A stretch of 32,000 nucleotides of DNA from an uncultured archaeon. GTDB lineage: Archaea > Iainarchaeota > Iainarchaeia > Iainarchaeales > 0-14-0-20-30-16. The notes below the pieces were generated by a model. The model was not told where the DNA came from. It did not search any database and worked only from the letters and a program-made list of their open reading frames with translations. Where the stretch lies: contig CAZMGA010000002.1 in NCBI GenBank assembly GCA_964565725.1, forward strand, positions 14,481-46,480, read 5' to 3'. The position numbers were made by a program, and so were the translations under genes. Below, in pieces: positions 18,441 to 27,204 of the stretch. Every line of letters starts with the position of its first letter. Positions within the stretch are counted from its first letter, which is position 1.

Positions 18441-20180
18441 TTGATACGTTCGCCTATTGTTGTTGTTGGAGGTCATGTAGATCATGGCAAAACAACATTA
18501 TTAGATTATTTAAGAGGTTCTTTAATTGCTGAAAAAGAAGCAGGAAGAATTACACAACATATAGGTGCAACAGAAATACCTTTAAGTTTAATACAAACTT
18601 TGTCTGGAGAATTATTAAATAAATATGGTTTTAATTTAAAAATTCCTGGATTATTATTTATAGATACTCCTGGACATGAAGCATTTTCTTCTTTAAGAAA
18701 AAGAGGTTGTAGTATTGCTGATATAGGTGTATTAGTAATTGATATTTTACAAGGTATTCAACCACAAACAATTGAAGTAATAAATTTTTTAAAAGAAAAT
18801 AAAGTACCTTTTGTTGTTGCTTTAACTAAAATTGATAAAATAAAAGGTTATGAAAAAAAACAAATATCTGAATTATTAAAAGAAATTAATAATTCGCAAA
18901 CTATGTTTGCACAAGAATTTAATAGAAATATTTATTCTATAATGAGTAAATTTTCAGAATTAGGTTTTGATTCTGATAGATTTGATAATGTTTTAGATTT
19001 TACAAAAAAAATTTTGTTAATACCTGTTAATTCAAAAGAAGGTTTTGGAATTCCTGAATTATTATTATTCTTAGCAGGATTATCTCAAAAATTTTTAGAA
19101 AAAAATTTAGCATTAAATGTAGAAGGAAATGGAAAAGCAGTAGTTTTAGAAACTAATGAAATAAAAGGCTTTGGAAAAACAGCAGATATTATTTTATATG
19201 ATGGAAAAATGTTGAAAAATGATTTAGTAAAAATAGATACATCAAATAATTATAATATTGCAAAAATAAAACAACTATTAAGACCTAAACCTTTAACAGA
19301 TTTAAGAACTGTAAAAACTGGATTTATGTCTGTTGATGAAGTATATGCTGCAATAGGATTAAAGATTGCTTTATCAGATTCAAATTTAATAAATGCTGGT
19401 GATGAATTAACAGTAATATCTGAAGAAGAATCAAAACAATTAGAATGTACAAAAAAATGTATTACTACATTAAAAGAAAAAGGGGTAGTTGTTAAAGTAG
19501 ATACAGAAGGTTCATTAGATGCTTTCATAGAATTAGCAAAAAAAAATAATGTTAATATAGGTAAAATATGTTGTGGAAATGTGTCCAAAGAAGATATTTT
19601 AGAAGCTAAATTATTTTCAAAAGATGATTTTTTATATGGCGTAATATTTGCCTTTAATTTAAAAATTAATCCTGAAATAGAACAATATGCAAAAGAACAG
19701 AACATAAAAATATTTGAATCAAATGTAATTTATAAATTATTTGAAGATTACCTTAAATGGTCAAAAACAGAAATTGAAAGTAAAAAAAATCAAGAATTAA
19801 AAGATATTAAATATCCTGCAAAAGTGGAAATATTTAAAGATTGTGTATTTAGAAAATCAAAACCTTGTGTTTTGGGTGTAAAAATTTTAGATGGTGTTTT
19901 AAAACCAAATACAAAAATAGTTTACAATAATAAAATTATTGGTACATTAAAACAAATGCAAATAGATGGGAAAGTAGTTAATGAAGCTAAAAAAAATGCA
20001 GAATTAGCAATTTCTTTTGATGATATTAGCTTTGAAAAAGATATAGATTTAAATGTAACCAATATATTTTATACATATATACCTACTTCGCAAAGGAGTA
20101 ACGTTGAAAAATATTTAAAAACAGAATTTCCTGATTTAATTGAGGAAATTAAAGATATTTATTTAAATTCAAACATATAG
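18441..20180 (+). CDS. infB: Translation initiation factor aIF5B
   Basis: SPIVVVGGHVDHGKTTLLDYLRGSLIAEKEAGRITQHIGATEIP, FIDTPGHEAF. The GTG at 18432 lies in the GGTGAG SD, so TTG 18441 is the likely start. Confidence 0.93.
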   Translation: MIRSPIVVVGGHVDHGKTTLLDYLRGSLIAEKEAGRITQHIGATEIPLSLIQTLSGELLNKYGFNLKIPGLLFIDTPGHEAFSSLRKRGCSIADIGVLVIDILQGIQPQTIEVINFLKENKVPFVVALTKIDKIKGYEKKQISELLKEINNSQTMFAQEFNRNIYSIMSKFSELGFDSDRFDNVLDFTKKILLIPVNSKEGFGIPELLLFLAGLSQKFLEKNLALNVEGNGKAVVLETNEIKGFGKTADIILYDGKMLKNDLVKIDTSNNYNIAKIKQLLRPKPLTDLRTVKTGFMSVDEVYAAIGLKIALSDSNLINAGDELTVISEEESKQLECTKKCITTLKEKGVVVKVDTEGSLDAFIELAKKNNVNIGKICCGNVSKEDILEAKLFSKDDFLYGVIFAFNLKINPEIEQYAKEQNIKIFESNVIYKLFEDYLKWSKTEIESKKNQELKDIKYPAKVEIFKDCVFRKSKPCVLGVKILDGVLKPNTKIVYNNKIIGTLKQMQIDGKVVNEAKKNAELAISFDDISFEKDIDLNVTNIFYTYIPTSQRSNVEKYLKTEFPDLIEEIKDIYLNSNI

Positions 20181-20192
20181 GAGAGTGTTTAA

Positions 20193-20573
20193 ATGATAAT
20201 TACATTATCAAATCCAAAAACATCAAAAAGTTATAAAATAAAAACTACAGAACCTGTATTTATTAATAAAAAATTAGGTGAAGAAGTAGATTTAAGTCCT
20301 TTAAATTTAAAAGGTAAGGCAAAGATTACAGGAGGATCTACAAAAACAGGTTTTCCAATGGTTCCTTTTATTGAAGGTTTAAAAAATAAAACTGTTTTAT
20401 TATCTGATGGTTTAGGTTTTAAAGCTAAATTCAAAGGTGAAAAGAGAAGAAAAACAGTAGCTGGTAATATTATTTCCGAAGATATAGAACAAGTAAATTT
20501 GAAAATTATTGATATTGATAGTTCTTTAAATTTAGATGAAATGTTTCCTAAAGAAGCTAAAGAGAAAAAATAA
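20193..20573 (+). CDS. rps6e: 30S ribosomal protein eS6
   Basis: GKAKITGGSTKTGFPMVPFIEGLKNKTVLLSDGLGFKAKFKGEKRRKTVAGNIIS. Confidence 0.95.
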   Translation: MIITLSNPKTSKSYKIKTTEPVFINKKLGEEVDLSPLNLKGKAKITGGSTKTGFPMVPFIEGLKNKTVLLSDGLGFKAKFKGEKRRKTVAGNIISEDIEQVNLKIIDIDSSLNLDEMFPKEAKEKK

Positions 20574-20584
20574 CTAGTGATCAT

Positions 20585-21772
20585 ATGAATATTCCTTTAC
20601 AATCTGAATTAAATATAGGTGTTATTGGTCATGTAGATCATGGTAAAACAGCATTAACTAGAATGTTAACCGGAAAATGGGCTGATACTCATTCAGAAGA
20701 AATAAAAAGAGGAATATCTATAAGATTAGGTTATGCAGATATAGTTTTTAAAAAGATTCCTAATGCTAATGGTTTTGAAGCATATACTACAGAAAATGAA
20801 GTTAATGGTAAAGAAACAAAACCCATTAAAAGAATTTCTTTTGTTGATTCTCCTGGCCATGAAAGTTTAATGGCTACTATGTTAAGTGGAGTAGCTATAA
20901 TTAATTGTGCTATTTTAGTTGTTGCTGCAAATGAAAAGTGTCCTCAACCAAGAACTATGGAACATTTATTGGCTGCAAAATATAGTAATATTAAAGATTT
21001 AATTGTTGTTCAAAATAAAATAGATTTAGTTTCAAAAGAAGATGCTAAAGAAAATTATGAACAAATAAAAAAGTTTTTATTAGATTTAGGTTATACTAAT
21101 GTACCTATAATTCCTGTTAGTGCAAATCAAGGAATTAATAAAGATGTTTTAATTTATGCTATTTGTAAATATTTTAATCCAAAACCACTTGAAAAAAATG
21201 ATGATATGCGAATGTATGTTGTTAGGTCTTTTGATGTTAATAAACCTGGAACACAAATTAAAGATTTAATTGGTGGAGTTATTGGAGGATCTATTATATC
21301 GGGTAAATTAAAAATAGGGGACAAAATAGATATAAGTATGGGTAATAAAATTTTAAATGCAGATGTTTTAAGTTTAAATACTGAATTTGGAATTATAAAA
21401 GAAGCTGGTCAAGGTGGATTAATTGCTATAGGAACATCTTTAGATCCTGCAATTACTCAAAATGATAAATTAAAAGGACAAATGGTTGCAATGCATAATA
21501 AATTGCCAAAACCATCTATGGATATTACTTTAGATTTACATATAGTTGAAAAATTATTAAATGAAGATTTAAAGAAACCTTTATTAATTAATGAAGCTAT
21601 TATAATTACTATTGGTACAGGAACTGCAATAGGTTCTGTTTCAAGTGTAAATAAAAATATAGTAAAATTTAATATGAGAAGCCCAATTGTGGCTTTGAAA
21701 AATCAAAAAGTATCATTAAGTAGAAAATCCTCTAATGGATGGAGATTGTATGGTTATGGAATCATTAGCTAG
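20585..21772 (+). CDS. eif2g: Translation initiation factor aIF2 subunit gamma
   Basis: ELNIGVIGHVDHGKTALTRMLTGKWADTHSEEIKRGISIRLGYAD, FVDSPGHESLMATMLSG, QNKIDLV. Confidence 0.96.
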   Translation: MNIPLQSELNIGVIGHVDHGKTALTRMLTGKWADTHSEEIKRGISIRLGYADIVFKKIPNANGFEAYTTENEVNGKETKPIKRISFVDSPGHESLMATMLSGVAIINCAILVVAANEKCPQPRTMEHLLAAKYSNIKDLIVVQNKIDLVSKEDAKENYEQIKKFLLDLGYTNVPIIPVSANQGINKDVLIYAICKYFNPKPLEKNDDMRMYVVRSFDVNKPGTQIKDLIGGVIGGSIISGKLKIGDKIDISMGNKILNADVLSLNTEFGIIKEAGQGGLIAIGTSLDPAITQNDKLKGQMVAMHNKLPKPSMDITLDLHIVEKLLNEDLKKPLLINEAIIITIGTGTAIGSVSSVNKNIVKFNMRSPIVALKNQKVSLSRKSSNGWRLYGYGIIS

Positions 21773-22136
21773 AGTAGTTATAGACACTAGTGCATTAATT
21801 TTAATGTGCGAAGGTTATGATTTTTTCGACGCTGTTGAAAAAAATTATGGAAAAGTGGAATATTTAATTCCTACAAATGTAATTAAAGAAATTGAACATT
21901 TAGCAGAAAATAGTACAAAATATCAAAAGAATCTAAATTTCATTATGAGATTAATTCAAACAAAAAATATTCGTATAATTGAAACAGGTAATCCTAAACA
22001 ATATGCTGATGATGATTTGTTAAGTATGTCTGCTAGTTTATTTATTACTACTGATATGGAATTAGCAAAAAAATTAAAAGACCAAGGTAAAAAAGTATTT
22101 GTTTTAAAACAAAGAAGATATTATGATTATTATTAA
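21756..22136 (+). CDS. PIN-domain protein (archaeal Fcf1/VapC9-like family located after aIF2-gamma)
   Basis: ARVVIDTSALILMCEGYDFF...YADDDLLSMSASLFITTDMELAKKLKDQGKKVFVLKQ. Start uncertain (ATG 21750 or 21756); overlaps eif2g. Confidence 0.85.
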   Translation: MESLARVVIDTSALILMCEGYDFFDAVEKNYGKVEYLIPTNVIKEIEHLAENSTKYQKNLNFIMRLIQTKNIRIIETGNPKQYADDDLLSMSASLFITTDMELAKKLKDQGKKVFVLKQRRYYDYY

Positions 22137-22167
22137 TTAAATTTTAAAGGAGTTTTGAGGTGAATAA

Positions 22168-22782
22168 ATGTTTCAAATAGCTAACATTGAAGATGTTGTA
22201 GGTATTCCTCCAAGTATGTTAAATTCAGATTTAGATGTTGTAATAAAAGATCTTTTAAATGAAGAAAAAATAGGTAAAATTGACAAAGATATAGGAGTAG
22301 TATTAGGTGTAATAAAAGTAAATAAAACAGGTTTGGCGAAAGTATTACCTGGTGATAGTAATTCTTATGTTGATGTAGATTATTCTGTTTTATCTTTCAA
22401 ACCAGATTTACAAAATATTTATGAAGGTAAAATTAAAGAAATTGCTGAATTTGGTGCATTTGTGGATTTAGGTCCTTTTGATGCTTTAATTCATGTATCT
22501 CAATTAATGAATGATTTTGTTAATTATGATCCTGGAAACAAACAATTTGTAGGTAAAGAAACAAATAATGTTTTAGGTTTGAATGATAAAATTTTTGCAA
22601 GAATTGTAAGTGTTAGTTTCAAAAATAATGTAGTACAATCCAAAATAGGTTTAACTATGAGACAAATTGGTTTAGGAAAAGATGATTGGATTATAAAAGA
22701 AGTTAGTGATGAAGATAAACCAAAAAAAGAAGTAAAAGAAACAACTACTAAAAAATCCAAAAAAGGTGATAAGAATGTTTAA
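22168..22782 (+). CDS. rpoE: DNA-directed RNA polymerase subunit Rpo7 (subunit E')
   Basis: ANIEDVVGIPPSMLNSDL..., S1 domain YEGKIKEIAEFGAFVDLGPFDALIHVSQL; charged C-terminal tail. Confidence 0.93.
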   Translation: MFQIANIEDVVGIPPSMLNSDLDVVIKDLLNEEKIGKIDKDIGVVLGVIKVNKTGLAKVLPGDSNSYVDVDYSVLSFKPDLQNIYEGKIKEIAEFGAFVDLGPFDALIHVSQLMNDFVNYDPGNKQFVGKETNNVLGLNDKIFARIVSVSFKNNVVQSKIGLTMRQIGLGKDDWIIKEVSDEDKPKKEVKETTTKKSKKGDKNV

Positions 22783-22975
22783 GATTTTAGCTTGTAAAAA
22801 ATGTGGTTATATAATAGATGATATAGAAAATCCACAAGAATGTCCAATTTGCCAAAATAAAAAATTTACAACATTTTGGAAAGGTAGTATAATTGTAACA
22901 GACCCTGAAAATTCAGAGGTTGCTAAAAAATTAAATTTAGAACAAAAAGGAAAATATGCTTTGAGAATTAATTAG
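22775..22975 (+). CDS. spt4: Transcription elongation factor Spt4 (RpoE'')
   Basis: FKILACKKCGYIIDD...ECPICQNKKFTTFWKGSIIVTDPENSEVAKKLN; start ATG 22775, overlapping the rpoE stop. Confidence 0.93.
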   Translation: MFKILACKKCGYIIDDIENPQECPICQNKKFTTFWKGSIIVTDPENSEVAKKLNLEQKGKYALRIN

Positions 22976-22983
22976 GTGATTTT

Positions 22984-23316
22984 ATGAAATATCAAATTTT
23001 AGAACAAAAAGAAAATAAATTATTAAATAGAAAAGAATATTTAATAAAAATTAGCGATGTAGCTAAAACTCCTACAAGAGAAGAAGTTTGGAAACAATTT
23101 TCTGCAAAACAAGGTTTAGATGGAAAAAAATTGATAGTAGATACTTTTTTTAATGAATCTGGTTTAAGAGATGTAAAAGTATTTTTAAAATATTATGATG
23201 ATGAAAAATCTTTGAAAAGAATAGAGTTGAAAAATAATTTAAAAAAATATGATAAATTAAATCCAACTCCTAAAAAAGAAGAACCAAAAGCAGAAGACGC
23301 TCCTGTGGAAAATTAA
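22984..23316 (+). CDS. rps24e: 30S ribosomal protein eS24
   Basis: ENKLLNRKEYLIKISDVAKTPTREEVWKQFSAKQGLDGKKLIVDTFFNESG. Confidence 0.92.
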   Translation: MKYQILEQKENKLLNRKEYLIKISDVAKTPTREEVWKQFSAKQGLDGKKLIVDTFFNESGLRDVKVFLKYYDDEKSLKRIELKNNLKKYDKLNPTPKKEEPKAEDAPVEN

Positions 23317-23327
23317 GGTGATATTGT

Positions 23328-23540
23328 ATGGCAGCTCAAAAAAAAGAAAGTAAAGGTAAAAAACAAAGTAAAAAAACAGTTAGAGTTAAAAAATCTGCAT
23401 TTTATAAATTAGATAAAGATAATGTAATAAAAACTAGAAAAACTTGTGTAAAATGTGGTGCAGGAGTATTTATGGCAGAACATAAAGATAGATACACTTG
23501 CGGTAAATGTGGTTATACTGAAATGAAAAAGAAGGAATAA
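23328..23540 (+). CDS. rps27ae: 30S ribosomal protein eS27ae (eS31)
   Basis: KTCVKCGAGVFMAEHKDRYTCGKCGYTEMKK; K-rich N-terminus. Confidence 0.93.
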   Translation: MAAQKKESKGKKQSKKTVRVKKSAFYKLDKDNVIKTRKTCVKCGAGVFMAEHKDRYTCGKCGYTEMKKKE

Positions 23541-23549
23541 ATCTATATG

Positions 23550-23576
23550 CCTTTCTTTCTTAAAATAAAAGAAAGG
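23550..23576 (+). promoter_or_regulatory. Hairpin just downstream of the eS27ae stop
   Basis: CCTTTCTTT (23550-23558) pairs perfectly with AAAGAAAGG (23568-23576), 9-nt loop. Confidence 0.45.
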
Positions 23577-23602
23577 TCTACAGTCCACTCCAAAGAAAGA
23601 AT

Positions 23603-23645
23603 CCCAAACTGACTATAAGTCAATTGCATAGCAAATATGTTTGGG
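23603..23645 (+). ncRNA. Candidate three-way-junction RNA structure followed by a T-rich tract
   Basis: CCCAAAC (23603-23609)/GTTTGGG (23639-23645) closes two hairpins: TGACT-ATA-AGTCA (23610-23622) and TTGC-ATA-GCAA (23624-23634). T-rich run follows. Confidence 0.4.
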
Positions 23646-23674
23646 TTTAATTATTTTATTTTTTTGCTATTTTT

Positions 23675-24046
23675 ATGGTCTCTGAAGTAAAAATTAAAAC
23701 TGAATTATTAAATGAATTATTATTAGGTTGTAAAAATGTATATCCTAATGAATTCTTTGCATTATTAAGATCAAATAATAATGTTATTGATGAATATGTT
23801 GTTGTACCCATAATTTATCAAAATGAAAATTCTGTTTCTTATAGAACTGATTTATTACCATTGGGTTTTAAAATTTCTGGTTCTATACATTCACATCCAT
23901 CTGGTTCTAATATGCCTAGTGATGTGGATTTAAATAGTTTTATACATTTAGGTAATTATCATTTTATTATTAAATATCCTTTTAGATTTGAAGATATCGC
24001 TTGTTATGATTATGAGGGTAATAAAATAAATATAATATTTATTTAA
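23675..24046 (+). CDS. JAMM/MPN (JAB1-like) domain metalloprotease-like protein
   Basis: JAMM signature: upstream Glu (NEFFALL) and HSHPSGSNMPSDVD. Confidence 0.85.
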   Translation: MVSEVKIKTELLNELLLGCKNVYPNEFFALLRSNNNVIDEYVVVPIIYQNENSVSYRTDLLPLGFKISGSIHSHPSGSNMPSDVDLNSFIHLGNYHFIIKYPFRFEDIACYDYEGNKINIIFI

Positions 24047-24096
24047 TTTTAATGATATATATATAAATTTTAATTTTATTTATTTATAGATTAAGA

Positions 24097-25050
24097 ATGA
24101 TTATATTAAATTTTATTTTTTTTGTAATTAGTTTATTTGTTCTAATTAAATGTGCTGATTATTGTATAAAATATTCTACTATTTTGGCAAGGATTTTTAG
24201 ATGGCCTGAATTTGTTGTAAGTTTTTTTATTGTTGCATTTATATCTGTTTTACCAGAAACAACTATTTCAGTTATTGCTGCATTAAATGGAGAGCCTGAA
24301 TTAGGGTTGGGTACTTTATTAGGTTCTAATGTTGCTGATTTAGCATTTGTATTTGGAGTTATTGCTTTAATTTCATATAATGGAGTAAAAGTAAAAAGTC
24401 AAATTTTGAGGAATAATTTTATTTATTTAATATTGTTAGCAGTGCCGTTAATATTAGGATTAGATGGTAAATTTTCAAGAATAGATGGTATAATATTAAT
24501 CATTTTTGGAATTATGTTTTATATTAGATTATATTTACAAAGTAATAGATTTCGTAAAAAATATAATTATATTAAAAGAGAACCATTTTTGAAAAGTTTA
24601 ATATTTTTAATATTAAGCCTAGGTATATTATTTTTAAGTGCTAATTTTACTGTAAAATTTGCAGTAAATTTGGCATATGAATTAAATTTTCCAACAATAC
24701 TAATTGGATTAACTATTTTAGCAATTGGTTCTTGTTTACCAGAATTAATATTTTCTATAAAAGCAGTTAGAGAAAATCGTTTTGATTTGGCATTAGGAGA
24801 TTTATTTGGTACTGTTATAACTGATATTACAATAGTTTTAGGATTAGTTGTTTTAATATCTCCATTTAGTTTTAATATTTATAATATATATGTTACAGGT
24901 GCTGCAATGTTATTTGCAGGAATATTTGTAATTATATTTATGAAAACTAATAAAACAATAACTAAATATGAAGGTTTATTTTTAATTTGCTTTTATTTGT
25001 TGTTTTTAGTAGTAGAATTTTTTATCAGTACCTATTTAGGATTAAAATAA
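24097..25050 (+). CDS. CaCA-family sodium/calcium exchanger-like membrane protein
   Basis: ~10 TM segments with two alpha-repeat motifs: LPETTISVIAALNGEPELGLGTLLGSNVADL and GSCLPELIFSIKAVRENRFDLALGDLFGTVITDI. Confidence 0.85.
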   Translation: MIILNFIFFVISLFVLIKCADYCIKYSTILARIFRWPEFVVSFFIVAFISVLPETTISVIAALNGEPELGLGTLLGSNVADLAFVFGVIALISYNGVKVKSQILRNNFIYLILLAVPLILGLDGKFSRIDGIILIIFGIMFYIRLYLQSNRFRKKYNYIKREPFLKSLIFLILSLGILFLSANFTVKFAVNLAYELNFPTILIGLTILAIGSCLPELIFSIKAVRENRFDLALGDLFGTVITDITIVLGLVVLISPFSFNIYNIYVTGAAMLFAGIFVIIFMKTNKTITKYEGLFLICFYLLFLVVEFFISTYLGLK

Positions 25051-25101
25051 TTAAGATATATTTATATTATTCTTAGTATATTTTATATAATAGTGATTAT
25101 T

Positions 25102-26274
25102 ATGGAGTATTCTTATTCTAGATTAACTACATTTGATAATTGTCCTTTGCAGTATAAATTTAGTTATGTTTTAAAAGAAGCTAAAGATTTTGAGAATTCT
25201 ATTGAAGCATTTATGGGTTCTAGGGTTCACGAAGCATTAGAAGAATTATATAAAAAGCAAAAATTAAATACTGTTATGACTTTGGAAGAAGTTTTAAATA
25301 TTTATAAAAAAAATTGGAATGATAAAAATAATGATAATATAAAAATAATAAAAAAAGAATTAAACAAAAAAAATTATTTTGATTTGGGTATAAAATATTT
25401 AACTAATTATTATAATAGATTTAAACCTTTTGATTCAGAATACACAGTAGGTTTAGAAATGGAAATAAAATTAGATTTAAACAATGATGGTAAGTATTTG
25501 TTAATTGGATATATAGATAGATTATCTATGAAGGATAATGTTTATTATATTCACGATTACAAAACTTCTAGTATATTACCAACAAATGAAGAAATTAATA
25601 AAAACAAACAGTTAGCGTTATATGCTATGGCTATAAAACAAATGTATCAAAATGTAAAAAAAGTTATACTAATATGGCATTATTTGGCTTTTGATACCGA
25701 TTTAATTGTAGAAAAAGAAGAAAATGATTATGAATTAATAAGAAAACAAACAATTGAAAAAATAAATGCTATTGAAAATTTAGAAAATGGAAATTATTTA
25801 CCAAAAGAATCTACTCTTTGTGAATGGTGTGCTTATGCCTCTAAATGTCCTATGAAAAAACATAATTTTAAAGTAAAACAATTTACTTTAGAAGAATATA
25901 ATTTAGATTATGGTGTAAAGTTAGTTGAAAAATATTCAGAATTAGAAGAGAAAAAAAATAAAATAATAAATGAAATCAAAGAATTGGATGAAAAAATATT
26001 AGAATATTCTAAAGTAAATAAATTAAAAAAAATCGTAAGTAATAATAATTCTATAACTATTTATGAAACTGATAATTATTCTATACCTACAAAAGGAACT
26101 CCAAAATATGAAGAATTAAAAAATATTGTTAAGGAAAATTATCCAGAATTATTGTGTATAGATAACTATTATTTAACTAAAAATTTAAATATAGGTTTAA
26201 TAAATGATAATGTATATAATAATATTATGAAATTAGTTGAAAAAAAACAATTTTTTAAAATTTATTTTAAGTGA
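25102..26274 (+). CDS. RecB/AddB-Cas4-type PD-(D/E)XK nuclease with predicted 4-Cys Fe-S site
   Basis: SRLTTFDNCPLQYKF, GSRVHEALEELY, GYIDRL, IHDYKTSS, LCEWCAYASKCP; ~120-aa charged C-terminal extension. Confidence 0.82.
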   Translation: MEYSYSRLTTFDNCPLQYKFSYVLKEAKDFENSIEAFMGSRVHEALEELYKKQKLNTVMTLEEVLNIYKKNWNDKNNDNIKIIKKELNKKNYFDLGIKYLTNYYNRFKPFDSEYTVGLEMEIKLDLNNDGKYLLIGYIDRLSMKDNVYYIHDYKTSSILPTNEEINKNKQLALYAMAIKQMYQNVKKVILIWHYLAFDTDLIVEKEENDYELIRKQTIEKINAIENLENGNYLPKESTLCEWCAYASKCPMKKHNFKVKQFTLEEYNLDYGVKLVEKYSELEEKKNKIINEIKELDEKILEYSKVNKLKKIVSNNNSITIYETDNYSIPTKGTPKYEELKNIVKENYPELLCIDNYYLTKNLNIGLINDNVYNNIMKLVEKKQFFKIYFK

Positions 26275-26280
26275 TGTAAA

Positions 26281-27192
26281 ATGTATGATTTGATTGTTGT
26301 TGGATTGGGCCCTGGAGCATATTCTACTGGAATTTATGCTACACGTTATAATTTAAATACTTTATTAATTGGAGAAGTTCATGGTGGTTTAATGGGTTTA
26401 ACTCATAGAGTTGACAATTATCCTGGTTTGCCTGAATTATCTGGTTTAGAAATTGCAGATAAAATGCGAGATCATTATTTAAGTTTAAATGGAAATATAA
26501 AATTTGGTACAATAGTAAATATTGTAAAAAAAGACAATTATTTTGAATTGCAAACAAATACTAATGAAATTTTACAATCAAAATCAGTAGTAATTGCTAC
26601 TGGAACTGTAAGGAGAAAATTAAATATTATAGGGGAAGATAAATTTTTTGGAAGAGGTGTGAGTTATTGTGCTACTTGTGATGCTAATTTTTTTAAAAAT
26701 AAAATTGTTGCAGTTATAGGTGGTGGGGATACTGCTTTTATATCTAGTTTACATTTAAAACAATTTGCAAATAAAGTTTATTTGATTCATAGAAGAGATG
26801 AATTTAGAGCGCAACCCGCTTTAATAAACGAAGCAAAAAAAGAAGGTATTGAATTTATATTAAATGCTAATGTAAAAGAAATAAAAGGTAAATTAAAAGT
26901 AGAATCTATGTTATTAGATGTTAATGGCAAAGAATCAGAATTAAAAATTGAAGGTTTATTTATAGAAATAGGTAATGTTCCAGTAACTAGCTTTTTAAAG
27001 GATTTAAATATTGAATTTGATGAACAAAAGTATATAAAAGTTAATAATGATGCATCTACAAATATAGAAGGTTTATTTGCAGTTGGAGATTGTACAAACG
27101 GTATGAATAATTTTAAACAAATTATTACTGCTGCGGGTATGGGCGCAGTAGCTGCGGAATCTATATATGTATATTTAAAAAAATTAAAATAA
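26281..27192 (+). CDS. trxB: Thioredoxin reductase-like FAD/NAD(P) oxidoreductase
   Basis: LIVVGLGPGAYSTGIYATRYN (FAD), SYCATCDANFF (redox CxxC), AVIGGGDTAFIS (NADPH), LFAVGDCTN. Confidence 0.92.
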   Translation: MYDLIVVGLGPGAYSTGIYATRYNLNTLLIGEVHGGLMGLTHRVDNYPGLPELSGLEIADKMRDHYLSLNGNIKFGTIVNIVKKDNYFELQTNTNEILQSKSVVIATGTVRRKLNIIGEDKFFGRGVSYCATCDANFFKNKIVAVIGGGDTAFISSLHLKQFANKVYLIHRRDEFRAQPALINEAKKEGIEFILNANVKEIKGKLKVESMLLDVNGKESELKIEGLFIEIGNVPVTSFLKDLNIEFDEQKYIKVNNDASTNIEGLFAVGDCTNGMNNFKQIITAAGMGAVAAESIYVYLKKLK

Positions 27193-27204
27193 TTTTTTAG
27201 ATTT

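Noticed and set aside
19250-22760. Antisense ORFs 19250..19705 - (151 aa), 20231..20584 - (117 aa), 22524..22760 - (78 aa)
   Set aside because: Shadow ORFs of aIF5B, eS6 and Rpo7; length is explained by few stops opposite K/E/L-rich coding in AT-rich DNA.
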